DNA from: Mantamonas sphyraenae STR306
Lineage: Eukaryota; Protista; CRuMs
NCBI GenBank assembly: GCA_026936335.1
Contig: JAPMXV010000045.1
Span: 434,001 to 498,000, forward strand
Reading direction: 5' to 3'
Length of the DNA: 64,000 bases
Position numbers and translations under genes: made by a program. Positions 22,092-36,000 of the stretch are shown piece by piece; the first letter of the stretch is position 1; every line of letters begins with the position of its first letter. The notes under the pieces were generated by a model that searched no databases, had not been told where the DNA came from, and worked only from the letters and a program-made list of their open reading frames with translations.

Positions 22092-24509
22092 TCACTTGAG
22101 CAGGTCTGCAAAGGGATCGGCTTTGCTTGCGTTGTCACTCGTGCCGTTGTTGTTGTTCTGGTTGTTGTTGCTTTGGGCAAATGGATTGAATGGGTTGTTG
22201 TTGGTTTGCTGTTGCTGGTGGCCAGAGGTGTTGCCAAACGGGTTGGTGTTGTCTCGCGTGCGGTTGGGCGAACGGCTGCGGCTGCGGCTTCGGCTACGAT
22301 GCTGGGCACGCACATTGTCAAAGACGGCGTATGGGTCGTCAGAGCCTTTGGTTTGCGACTGCTGAGCAGGAGCGGATGTGGTCATGCCTCCTCCACCGCC
22401 CAGCACCAGTCCTTCCAGGCCGTTCCCTGAGCCTGCACTGGTGGACGTGTTGTTGTCGCTTCCTCCTCCCAGAGTCAGCGGCTGGTCGCCAAAGTAACCC
22501 AACGGGCTGGAGCGCTTGTTTCGCTGCGGGCTGGCTCGGGGCGACTTGTTGTTGGACGGGCTGACCGTGCTGCCGCCAACGGAGCGGGAGCGCTCGTTGA
22601 AAAAGTCATCAAACCCATCGTCGTCGTCGTTGGTGTTGTTGTTGTTGTTGTTGTTGTTGTCAGAGCCACCAAAGACGTCAAAGAGAGCCTGGGACGGCGA
22701 GGAGCTACGCTTGTCAGCTTCAGGCGATGCGCTGTTTTCGCGACTGCCGGTTGATCCGGGCCGACCACGTCGACGCGGAGAACGGGAGCGGGACGAGCGT
22801 CGTCCTGCACTGAGGCCACCTGTGCTGCCACCGGAGGGGCTACGACCACGTCCACGGCGTCCGCGGCTGCCACTGCGAGGCTGGTCCAGGAAGGACGAGT
22901 CGATGCGCGAGCCTGTGTTTGCGCCGCGTGCACTGTCTGTTTGCTCAACCACAAGTTTCGGCGTGCCTGGCTGGGCCTGCTCTGTGTTTCGTGAATCGAT
23001 CAAGCCTCCCTCTTCGTCATCGTCGTCGTTCCCGTCGCTGCCGACGTTGCCCGAGATTGCGGTCGTGGTCGTGGTGCCACCGCTGTTGTTGCTGCTGCTT
23101 CCACCCGACAGCATCGAGAAGAAGTCGTTGTTTGCCGAAGCATGGCTTGAGTTGGTTGTGCTGGTTGTGGTGTTGCCACTGTTGCTGCTGTTGCCACTGC
23201 TGCTGCCAAGGCCCAAAAAGTCCACCTCTTCGGGCTCGGGCATCTCCTCGACCTCTGGGTTCACGCGCACCTCGTACATGTTGATGGCCTTGAGGAGCTT
23301 GCTGTGGATGTACAGAATGCTGTTGAGGGCGGTCTCGTTACCAGCGCTGGTGAGCTCTTCTACCAGGCGCTGCATCGCCTTGTCCTTCTGCCTCATCGAC
23401 TCCACCAGCTGCGAGATCATCGGATCCTGTGACAGGTCTGCGCCCTCGTCGCTCGCTCCAATCATCTCCACAGTCAGTGCGCTGAGCTCCTTGACCTCTT
23501 CCACCAGCGTGCTGTCGGCCTTGTCCAACTGGAGGGCTGCGTTCTCCTGGGGAGTGAAAATGGGAGCCAGATCCTCGCCGCTCTGAGGCGGAAAGTCAAT
23601 GCCGTCAGCGAGCAACGACTCGTAGGTGGCAATGATGTTGGGGAAGCGCTGCTGCATCTGCTTGAACTCTTGAGCCCACGACTCGATCGTCACCAACACC
23701 TTTTCCTCCAATAGGTCACGGTAGAGGTTTTCGGACGAGTCCAACCTGTGCATACCCTTCTTGGGCTTGCGCTGTGTGTGTGTGTGTGTGTGTGTGTGTG
23801 AGCAACTGAGCAACAGGGTCGTGTGTGGGAGCGGAGGCGAGGTGAGAACAGCGGGGGTCCACACAAAACTCACGCGTTCGACCAACTTGCACAGCACCGC
23901 GAGGAACTTGGACTCGTTGATTTCCTTGTGAAACTCGCCACTGGTGTTCTTGACACACGAGTCGAGCACCTATTGACAACAGAAAGACACGATCGAGGAC
24001 GCCGGGAAGGGTGAGCATGGGCGAAGGAGTTTGCGTGAAGAAGGCCGGAGGGACGCAAACTCACAATCATCGTCAGCAGCTTCTCCTTGTCGGACACCTT
24101 TTTTGCACTCAGACGCTTCTTGACGATGTCTGCAAGGTCCTTGGGACTGGCGGGGGAGGGAAACGGGGAAGGTGGGGGCGAACGGAGCACAGGTCAGTGT
24201 GTGTGAGCATCGCAAAGGGCGGTGGGACGGAAAAAGGGAGAGGATCAACGTACGCTTGCGGACGTGTGTTGAGCAGGTCACAGATCTGTGTGTGGGAAAG
24301 ATTCCATGGGCGTTGGTCACCCACGGAGAAGCAGGTGTATGGTGAAGAGATGGCAGGAACGTCAGCAAGCAGTGGTTCCCAAAAGACCTCTGCTGGGGGC
24401 AACCTACGTTGAAGATATTCTGGTAGTCCGGCTCATCGACAGCCCTCTCCTCTTTGGTAGCATCCAGCAGGAGGTTCTGCATGCGCGTAGCATCATAGTG
24501 TCCGGCCAT
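22092..24509 (-). CDS. TOM1-like VHS + GAT domain endocytic adaptor
   Basis: Exons 24509..24408, 24285..24254, 24146..24065, 23969..23874 and 23771..22092 all splice in frame. VHS motifs DAT..., ICDLLN, VLDSCVKN, KVLVTIESWA, TYESLLADGIDFP; GAT-like helices; several C-terminal NPF/DPF motifs. Confidence 0.8.
23773..23800. repeat. (TG)n microsatellite, (CA)n on the sense strand, abutting an intron acceptor
   Basis: About 14 units directly preceding the acceptor AG at 23772 of the TOM1-like gene. Confidence 0.9.
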
Positions 24510-24545
24510 TGTGGAGTTGTGTGGTTCTGGTTTCGTTGGCTGGGC

Positions 24546-25244
24546 ATGAGAACGGGTTGTGGCTGCACTGCACATGTGCACGACGTGTGTTCATCAAGAG
24601 AGAAGGCTCGGTGGAAGGTCAGTCGTGAGACACGGGGCCACGGGACAAGGACTGTGCAGAGGAATCGCGGCCAGCGAGCCACGCCAACAAGAATTTCCAC
24701 TTCCTCGCAGCTCTTTGCAGCCATCTCGGATGGAGACGCAGACGCTGTGAGGGCTCTGTTGGCTTCTGGCGTGTCTCCGAATCAGCAGCTGATTCTTGGG
24801 ACGCCGCCTCTGATGCTGGCGGCGTCCAAGGGGTTTCCGGACACTGCCGCGGCACTGCTGGAAGGAGGAGCTGCGGTGGATGTACGTGGGGCCACTGGCA
24901 TGACGCCGCTTATGCTTGCAGCACGGAACGGGCACGCGGAAGCCGTTCTGGTCTTCCTGGCGCACGGAGCAGACGTTCACGCCGACGACGGCAAATCCTG
25001 GACGGCCGTGGCCAAGGCAGCGGCAAGAGGGCACACAGAGACGGTGTGGGTGTTGGTGGAAGCAGGGGCAGACCTGAACACCTGCCGTGCACTTGACGAT
25101 GTGCAGCAGGAGCGGCTGAACGATGAAGGTGTTGAACGAATTTTTGGGGTTGCATCCCGGCAGGGAGCGAAGAGAGACTGCATTCGTGTGATCGCGCTCA
25201 GGCCGCAGCGTCCACCAGGACAGGCAGGGTGTGGGCGTACCTCA
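24546..25244 (+). CDS. Ankyrin-repeat ORF (about 4 repeats); start and stop uncertain
   Basis: LFAAISDGDADAVRALLASG, GTPPLMLAASKGFPDTAAALLEGGA, GMTPLMLAARNGHAEAVLVFLAHGADV and WTAVAKAAARGHTETVWVLVEAGADLN lie at ~24707..25085. No in-frame stop before the tubulin gene; the frame closes only at 26708. Confidence 0.6.
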
Positions 25245-26980
<1,736 letters not shown>

Positions 26981-27780
26981 TGTTGTTGTTTGGTAGTTGT
27001 TTCTGTACACACGTGCACACACAGAGTCAGCATACGCATGCGTAGACACGGATGGGAGCCGTTTTTGGCGGGCGCCACATGTGACCGTTGCTGTGCGCGC
27101 AAAAAGCTGCACGCACGTCGCGGCCACACACGACACACACGGCACACACGACACAACATGCACGCACTCAAACACACCTTTAAAAAGAAGAGTTTGGTTG
27201 TTGGTTGAGTTTTGTTCGCTTCGAGTGTTTCTTTGACTGTTTTGAAGTCGGTCAAGGAAGTCCTTCGAGTTTTGGCTCTTTGGTTTGTGTTGGTCGGGCG
27301 CGAGCGTCGGCGCCGCATCGGCTTTTGACCGCATCCGAGGCGTTTTTGAACGTTGCACTTGTGCATGCACATCCATGTTGGAAGGAGGGTGTGTGGATGC
27401 ATGGAGTGCACGGCAGGCGCTAGCAGAGACGATATGGGACTGCTGATCGTAGTGCACGCAAGATTCCGCCCGCCATCGCACCGTACCCCATGGTCGCATC
27501 AAGCATTGCCCACAGGGAAGGGGGGGGAGGGGAAGAAAAATGGAAGAAGACGCCAGGTGTAGGTGTATGGGAATCCATTCACATGTGCCCACGCTCGGAG
27601 CGCAAACCAATCACGCCGCAACAACAACAACAAGTGCTTGCCCGCTCACCAAACCAGCGCGGGCTCCGACTGCTTCTTCTTGGCTGCTGCCATGTCCAGG
27701 ATGTGAGGGTGCGACAAAGACAATGGCAATCGGCTCAGATTTCATTCCGCGCAACTCAACTGCTGACAAAGGGCATCATC
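26981..27780 (-). promoter_or_regulatory. Largest intergenic interval; presumptive alpha-tubulin promoter/5' UTR with G-tract and CCAAT element
   Basis: About 800 bp with no credible coding frame. G-run gggaaggggggggagggg at ~27515..27532; AACCAATCA at ~27605..27613. Confidence 0.4.
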
Positions 27781-30700
27781 CTATCCCCGTTTCCGCGATC
27801 GAAGCACAACAGCTGCTGTAGTGTTTGTGAAATCCTTGACTTGCAGCGCAGAGAAACGCTTTGCCGAAGAGTCGTATTTGTAAAACTGGTGCACGAGTGA
27901 TTTGTCCAAACGCTCCGGTCCCGTGCCGTGTAGCTTGACACCTTGGCCGTATGTGTGGTCAAAGGAGTACAGAGCACGGTAGGCCAGAGAAGAACGCTGC
28001 AGAAGCACGACAAAGTAGTTCAGCTCCTTGTCCTCCAGCTCTTGCAGCACCTCCTTGCGGATTTCTTGGTTGATGTACCCGGCGAGGCAAACGTGCGTGA
28101 TCGCATTCTTCATCAAACGACGGTTGGACTTGCCTGCACCCATTCCTGTGCGTACCTTGCGCTCACGTGGTGTGTACTCTCCGTACTCATGAGTCTCGGG
28201 CATACTTGCCAGCCGTTCGTACCGCCTCAGCTCAGCTTCGCGGTGCTTTTGGTCCAGCAGCCGCTTCTGCTCCTCTTCCTTGCCCTTGAGCATTTCTTGT
28301 TTGCGCTGCATCAGCTCTTCTTTGCGTTTCTTTGCCTCCTCGACCTTGCGCTTCCGCAACTCCAGAAATCGCGCCCGTTTTCGCTCCAATTCCTCCAATT
28401 TGTCTGTGCGCGCCTCCTCCGTCATCACCACAAACCGCTGATTGTGTTCGTGCGGCGACCCGTTGTTGCCCTCGTCCATGACTCCTACACTCACCACAGC
28501 ACCCGATGCCTCGTGCACGTCCCCCTTTCTCTTTGGCGGAGTGAACTCCACGTTTGCCCATCCGTCCTCTTGCACGGCCACCACGTGTGCAGAATCGCCG
28601 CCTGATGAGGTGCTTGTTGTGGTGGTTGACAAACTCCGCGCCTGCTGTCCGTACCCATGCCCTTCGACCGACTTATCCGTCTTGCGGAGCTGGTTCACGG
28701 GCGTGCGATCAAACCACTTTTTGCGCCCACCAACACTGCGCGGTGTCTCCTCCTCTTCTTCTTCTCCCTCCTGCACCTTATGATCAACAATTTCATCACC
28801 TTTGTCAAACGACCATTCGAGGTGCAGGTCAGCTTCCTCCTCCAGCGCCGGTGCATCCTCCTCTCCCGCTCGTCTCGTCGTCCCCATACTCGTCCTCATC
28901 CACAATCTCTTCGTCCTCTTCGTGTTCGTCGTCGTCCAGTACATACTCTGTGCTGCGCTGTATGGCGTCGATGGCGTCCGGAACGTCCATGTCGTTCTGT
29001 TGGAGCACCATGTCCATCACCTGCAGCCCCATAGTCCGCTTCTCGGCTTTCACCGCTTGCATCACTCTTTGCCGTTCCTCCTCCAGCAACTTGCGTTGAC
29101 GCTCCAGCTCGAAACGCAACATCATATTCTCCTGCTGCAGCTCTGCTGCGGTGCGCAATCCAATAATCGGTTGGCCCGCAGCCTCTGCTTCCTCCACATC
29201 CCCCATGGGCGGGTACATTGCGTTTGTGTCCAACAAGAAGCGCCCCGATGACCCGGGAGTTCCTGGATCCTGTTGCTTCAGCACCGATGTGCTCTGAGAA
29301 AGGAAGCGCATCGCACGCCGATCCTCAGCAACATCCAGCGGCCCCGGTTTTGGTTTGGATGCTGTTCTGGACTCTGCAGGCGGAGACAGAGACTTGACAG
29401 ACACCTGGTTGGAGAATGCCACGTGAAGCTTGGGCGGCGGGGGCCCCATTCCGTCGTCCTCGTCGTCCTCGTTCTCGTATTCTTCTTCGTCCTCATCCCC
29501 GAGCACAGGACTGTCCTCATCCTCAAGGGAAGGCCTTGAGTGCATTGTGGGTCGCGTTGGCAACGTGTCATCGAGGGGTGCCACGCTTCCGCGTTGGCCC
29601 TCCATGTAGTCTTCGTCCTCTGTTTCGTCTTCTTCGTCCTCGTCCTCATCGTCCTCGTCTTCTTCGTCGCTGGCTTGCAAAGGCATATCTTGCTCCTCGA
29701 TACTGGCGCTCTCGTTGGAGGCACGGGACAGACGATGAAGCATGTGCGTCAGGTCCATGGACTGTTGCAAAGAGGCCACGCTCTGCATCAACGGCTCCTC
29801 GCTGCGTGAAGCATGGATGGACGATTCCATCTGTGGCGCTTGCGACACCACTGGCCTTTCAGATTCGTCTTCCTCGCCAAGGTCGTCATCTTCAAACGCA
29901 GAGGGGGGGAGGGAGAAGCGCTGTGAAGGCATCGCTGGCGTCGGTGGAGTCCTCCGCTGCACCAGCGCTGCATCCTGCTCCTCCTCTCCATCCATCAGGT
30001 CGCTGTCATCCAAAGTATGCCCCAAGAGCACATCATCCGACTCCATGAGGCCGTTGGCGATCTGTTCGTCCGAGACAATGGCCACCGTCGCCGGCTCAGC
30101 ATCGACGGCAGTGCGCGAATACAGCACCGGCATCCTTTTGCCGCTGCTGCGTACACTCGACGTGGTCGCTTGTCCGATCTCGTCTGTTTTTGTCAACGAT
30201 TTCAAGTTGCTCTTGCGGGTTGGCGGCGTTGGCCACAATTGCGGATCGACACCGGTCAACTTTGGGCTCGAGCTCCTCACCGTTTCTGACGTTGCAAACA
30301 GCCCAGGTGTCGACTGCCTCACACCTTCATCACCATCGTCCTGTCCTCCATCCACCCCACTTCGCACAACCATCGATTGTCGCACCGATGGGTGCGGCCC
30401 GTGAAACGCACTAAGGTCCACCTCTTGCCCGCCATGCACCGTTTCTGACGTTGCAAACAGCCCAGGTGTCGACTGCCTCACACCGCCGTCACCATCGTCC
30501 TCTACCCCATCCACCCCACTTCGCACAACCATCGATTGTCGCACCGATGGGTGCGGCCCGTGAAACGCACTCAAGTCCACCTCTTGCCCGCCATGCACCG
30601 TTTCTGACGTTGCAAACAGCCCAGGTGTTGACTGCCTTACACCTTCATCACCATCGTCCTGTCCTCCATCCACTCCACTTCGCACAACCATCGATTGACG

Positions 30701-32932
30701 CATCGATGGGTGCGGCCCGTGAAACGCACTCAAGTCCACCTCTTGCCCGCCATGCACCGTTTCTGACGTTGCAAACAGCCCAGGTGTTGACTGCCTTACA
30801 CCTTCATCACCATCGTCCTGTCCTCCATCCACTCCACTTCGCACAACCATCGATTGTCGCACCGATGGGTGCGGCCCGTGAAACGCACTAAGGTCCACCT
30901 CTTGCCCGCCATGCACCGTTTCTGACGTTGCAAACAGCCCAGGTGTCGACTGCCTCACACCGCCGTCACCATCGTCCTCTACCCCATCCACCCCACTTCG
31001 CACAACCATCGATTGTCGCACCGATGGGTGCGGCCCGTGAAACGCACTCAAGTCCGCCTCTTGCCCGCCATGCACCGTTTCTGACGTTGCAAACAGCCCA
31101 GGTGTCGACTGTCTCACACCTTCATCACCATCGTCCTGTCCTCCATCCACTCCACTTCGCACAACCATCGATTGTCGCACCGGTGGGTGCGGCCCGTGAA
31201 ACGCTCGTTCCGGTTCCTCTGTGCTTACCTTGACGCTGACGATGGCATCTTTCTCCACATGTTCCACCACTTGTGCTCGTTTCTCCAATTCCGCCTCTAA
31301 TTTCCGCAGCCGCTGTTCATCTGCCTCGATTTTCTCCAGTCGCTTCTTCGTGTCCCTTTCTCCGCCCTTCTCCTTCTTCTTTTTCCTCTTTTTCTTCTTT
31401 AACTTCTTTGTTTTTCCCTTGACCACGTTTTCCTTGTCACCATTGTCCATTCCCCCGTTTCCTGTGTCTTTGAGCAAGGCGTCGTCGTTCGAGGCCTCGT
31501 CCACAGTACTCACAGCCACCTCTTCCACCTCGGCACGCCTCACCGTGACGGTACGCCTTGTCTTGTTCTTCTTGGGATTGCTTGTCGCGTGCTTGACCTC
31601 CCCGGTGCTGGTACTACTACTGCTGCTCTGCTCCTGTTGATCTTCCGCGACTGGACCGTGCTCCACCTGCTCCATTTCCGCTTCAATCTCGTTCACCATT
31701 TGCTTGCTTAGGCTCGTGTACGCCTTGTTGACCAGGGACACCAGCAAACTCTTGTAGTGCAGCGCAAATGCAGAGCCAAACGTTGCTAGTTGTTCGGCGC
31801 TCAGCGAACTGTACATGCGGAGCTTCGTCAATGCTTTGACGACCAATCCATGATTGTATGTGCTCTCTTGCTGCGTATGCACCTTGTCGGTGCTCTTGCT
31901 GACCACAGCGTAGCCAAAGGGCAGTTGTTTGGGAAAGTAGTATCCCAACACCGCACAAAGCACCTGGCCGTCCTGCAGGCTCTGTGGGATCCCTTCGACT
32001 TGGGGCACCACCTTTTTCTTGCGAAACATCGTCTCTGAGACCACACGCAGCCACAGCAGCAAGCATGCGTCCCAGCTGTGCGGCACCACCAGCCGCGCTT
32101 CCTCATCTTTGTCTTGCTGCGCGGCGTGTACAAGCACCTGCACACGCTCTACCCTTGCCTTGTGTGTCACAAATATGCCCACCAACAGATCGATCACGGC
32201 CACGTGCACAGAGGCAAACATCGGCTGCGCAAACGCGAGCTCCTCCGGAATGACGAGCGTGTGAGTCTCGCTGTCGATCGCCTTGAGTGAATACTGCGCA
32301 AGCCAATCCAACACTGTGGCCATGCGGTGTGCCGCCAGACTTTCCATGCTCTGGTTCGATGCTTGCCCCTCGATTCCAGCCGGCGGCTGCTCTTCAAACA
32401 ACAGTTCGCACGCGATCAAGTACAGCTCTCCGCTGGGCAGCAATGCATTCATCTGTGTGTCTGTGCACGGATCCTCCATCTGCGTGTACATCACAACATA
32501 CACCACACGTGGTGCACATCCACATCCACGTCCCACAACCGGTGTGTCAGCATTCTACACTCACGGCTGCGCGCGCAAAAACGGCTGCCAGCAACCCCAC
32601 TCCGTGGGGCACAGCCTGCCTAATCCAAGCGTCCATGCACACACGGTCCCAGAATACCACAAAAGCACCATCGTGTGTCCTCCATATTGCTCTTTGTTCG
32701 CCTCTCTTTCCCGTTTGCGCGCGCCGCACCCACTCACCTCGTCCAATCTCCCCAGCGCGGTCGCACACTCGGTTGCCAGCGCCTTGAGCCGTTGGTTGTC
32801 TGATATGTCCCTATGACTCACCGCCAACTGCAGGAGCCAGCGTATGGACACCCGAAACTTTGTGTCCACGTCCATTCCTGCCTCTGGCGTCCGTTTGCCG
32901 CGGCCGCGCAGCTTACTGTATGCCAATTGCAT
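27781..32932 (-). CDS. CAMSAP/Patronin-like microtubule minus-end binding protein (CH domain, coiled coils, CKK domain)
   Basis: N-terminal KFRVSIRWLL; CH-like CLLLWL...SLQDGQVLCAVLGYYFP; C-terminal CKK KSNRRLMKNAITHVCLAG...YRALY...GTGP...FYKYDSSAKRF. Intron 32480..32737. A 1-nt frameshift at ~28866 joins ORFs 28829..32536 and 27781..28944. Start is 32932 or 32875. Confidence 0.85.
30279..31204. repeat. Coding tandem repeat, 159 bp (53 aa) x ~5.8 within the CAMSAP-like gene
   Basis: Unit AFHGPHPSVRQSMVVRSGVDGGQDDGDEGVRQSTPGLFATSETVHGGQEVDLS; near-identical copies in an A-B-A-A-B-A variant pattern (477-bp higher-order period). Confidence 0.95.
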
Positions 32933-33009
32933 TGCAAAGAATGGGCCATCCCATGTCCATTTTGTTCACACCCACCACTCCTTCCATCATCTTCATTCCG
33001 CGTCGTTCA

Positions 33010-36000
33010 TCAGTCCGCGTCGATTTCTGCGCAGTACGTGAACGAGTAGCGAAGGCGTTCGGCCAACACCTCCTTGCTGCTGTACCTCGGCAGGTCCAGC
33101 TGGAACGAACACGTATGCGCCACAGGAAGCGCCTGGTCCGAGTTGCGGTACGACGTGCTGATGGTGAACGTGTACGACAGGCCATCGCTTCCAGAGATCG
33201 GCAGACGCGAACGGCCCCAAACGAAGCGCAGGAACGACTGGCGTTCCTCGGGCGTAAACTCCTCCATCGCCTGCCAGAAGTTTTCGATCAGAGCGTCCGT
33301 GCGCGAGTGTCCCGAGTAGGATGTGTGTCGCTTCAGCGTCTCCACATCCACGTCGGGGATGCCGCACACACGCACTTGAAGATCTTGCCAGGTCATCAGC
33401 GAAAACAGTCGCGTCGGCACCATTGCGTTGAGGCCCTCTCGGATCCACTCGATCTGCTGGTCACACTCTGTCATACGGTACTGTTCCACCAACTCCACCC
33501 ACTCGTGCCTGTTCTCAAAGGTCACACGCTTGTTTGCCCCTCCAGGCACAAGTTCCACCGTCTTGCCGTCCGAGTTGGTCGTCACAAAACGCTCGTCAAT
33601 TGTGTACTGAAACATTTCTGCGTCTACTCCCTGCTCGTCGATGTGCAAGATGCTGTCGTTGCACTGCACCGTGCTAATGTCGATCGCCTCCAGGTCGCTG
33701 CGTGTCACAGCAAAGTTCACCAGCTTCTTCCACACAATGCTAGGGAAGCGCAGGTCCATTGCCATGGCCTGGTGCAGACCACAACCAATCAGCTTGCCGA
33801 GGAATTGGAAGAAGAGTTTGTGCTCGTCGCTCGTCAGCGACGGGTTCGGGATAAACTTGTCGCGGTTCTGGCCCAGCGAATTGTTGCTCTTGCTGTTCGG
33901 CACCGGGATGAGCAAGTAGATGTGCGGCGCATGGATCTCCTTCAACATCTCTGTGAAGGTCTCGCGGTAGGGGCCTCCAGCGTCGATGGAGTTTTCACCC
34001 GCAAAGTCCACGTGCCACGCCTGCTGGTCGGGACGCTGGCGCAGCGACTTGACTTCGTTCACCAACGCCTTGGAAATCTGACCAAACACACTTGTGCGCA
34101 GCGTGTGGTCGCTCGGCTCTTGATCCCACAGCGGCACCGTCTTGAGGCGGTCGATGTTGATGTTCGGTCGGTAGTCTCCCGTGTGTGCGAGCTTCATGCC
34201 CTCCTCCCACAGCACCAGCTTGGGTTTCAGGAAAACCAGGCCGCGTACCTGGCTAAAGTCGTTGGCCAATGAAAACTTCTGCTCGATCTGCGTCAGGTCC
34301 ACAAGCGGCAGGAACACATTCATGCTCTCGTTCACAGTCTGCAACACAATCAGACGCCTCTGCAGCGCATGCACATCCAAGTGGTTGATCGCACGATACG
34401 GCAACAAGTCATCCTTGGTGGGCATAAACTCGTCCAGTGGGTTCACAATGTCGCTTGGGTCGCCCTCTGGCTTGCTGCGACGCACCAACGTCGTCGCCAA
34501 TTCCACCAACTGCTGGTCCATAATGCGGTTGTAAGCACGCTGCTCCTTGCAGAACGCTTCAAACTCGTCTTGGCGCGTCTCCACAGCCGCCTCGGCTCCC
34601 GACGGTGTGTAGGCAGCAGGCTCGACTGTGAAGGACACACCGTGCTTCTGCACAGTGCGCGACGAATCGGACACGTCCAGTTCGCTCACAAAAGTCACGC
34701 TGTCGCCCCTGTCGTACAGGGACACGGCTGGGAAGAGCTCCTCCTGGATGCCTGCCAGTCCCTCCGTGTACGCCTTGCCCAGGTCCTTGCCGTTGCGCTC
34801 AAACTGCAGCCAGCCTTCATCTGTGTCGATGGTTACCTTGATCAAATCGTTGGTGGCCATCTTTTCGCCGTAGCTGCTGCTGCTGCCGTTGTGGTAGCGG
34901 TATCCGCTCGACGAGCCGTAGTACGACCAAGCGGACACGCCGCTGCTTCCTCCAACATAGTACGACAATGACTGCGCACGCGAACTCACGCCAATCATGA
35001 TGTTGGCCGACGAACTGGTGCTGTTGATGCGCACCGTCCACGACTGACGCCCGACCAGGCGCGTCTTGCCCAGCACTGTGCGCCACGTGGTCGAGTAGCT
35101 GTTGTTGGCCGTGGCCGTGGCCCCATCGTCGGTCAGGTCGATCTTGCCGTCGCACCAGTCGCTGTCCATCACGTAGGCGGGCTTGGACGGGAAGTGCCAG
35201 TAGAAGCGGCCGGCTGGCAGCATCAGGGTGTGCGACACAGCCTTGCCCGCCTCCTGCTCGTACGTCCAGCTGCCGAGCAGATTCTTGCCCTCGGCATCGT
35301 GGGTAAACACAATGTGGTCGTTCAGCTCCATGTCGCAATCGTCGTCGAAGCGCACACGCACCGCGGTGACCTCGTCCATCTCCACCAGATCCGTCGTCTT
35401 GACGCTGCTGTACGGATGTGCGCTCTCGAAGCGCACCTGTTGATCTTCGCTGCCCAGTTTCAGCAGGCACTTGATGACCAGCGAGTTGGGCAGATCGCGT
35501 TTGTACAGGGTGCTGTGGATAAAGTCGGCCACCTCGCCCACGTCGTCAAACCACTGTTCCTCTTCCTGCTGCTTGATTGCGGCGCGGCCCTTTTTGCCGC
35601 GTCGCTTGCTGCTTTCGTCGCCAGCCACCTTGAGGTGGCGCGTGGCAAGCATGAGCTCGACCAGAACCTGCAGGTACGCAGGGGGCAACGACACTTGCCA
35701 CCTTCTGTGCTGGGTCGGTTCTCCATGTACAGCTTGTGCATCAGCTTGCGCATCTTGCTGATGGCCCGGATGTCCACCTCGCCACTCAGCTTGCGCAGCA
35801 CCACAGCCATCAGGCGCATCACGCGCACTGTGTACGAGTTGCTCTTCTGGCCCAGGAACGTAAACATGCACGCGGCGAGACGGCCTGCGTCGTCGCTGTG
35901 CACGTCGTGCTTGTCGTTGGCAAACAGAGTCTCGGCCAACCAGCAGGCGAGGTCGGTGTTGGGCTTGGTCAGCGCGTCCTTGTCGTTGAGCAGCTCCACT

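Noticed and set aside
30279-31204. Regular repeat array resembling a CRISPR or satellite
   Set aside because: Head-to-tail 159-bp units with no unique spacers, in frame within a eukaryotic CDS; no cas genes.
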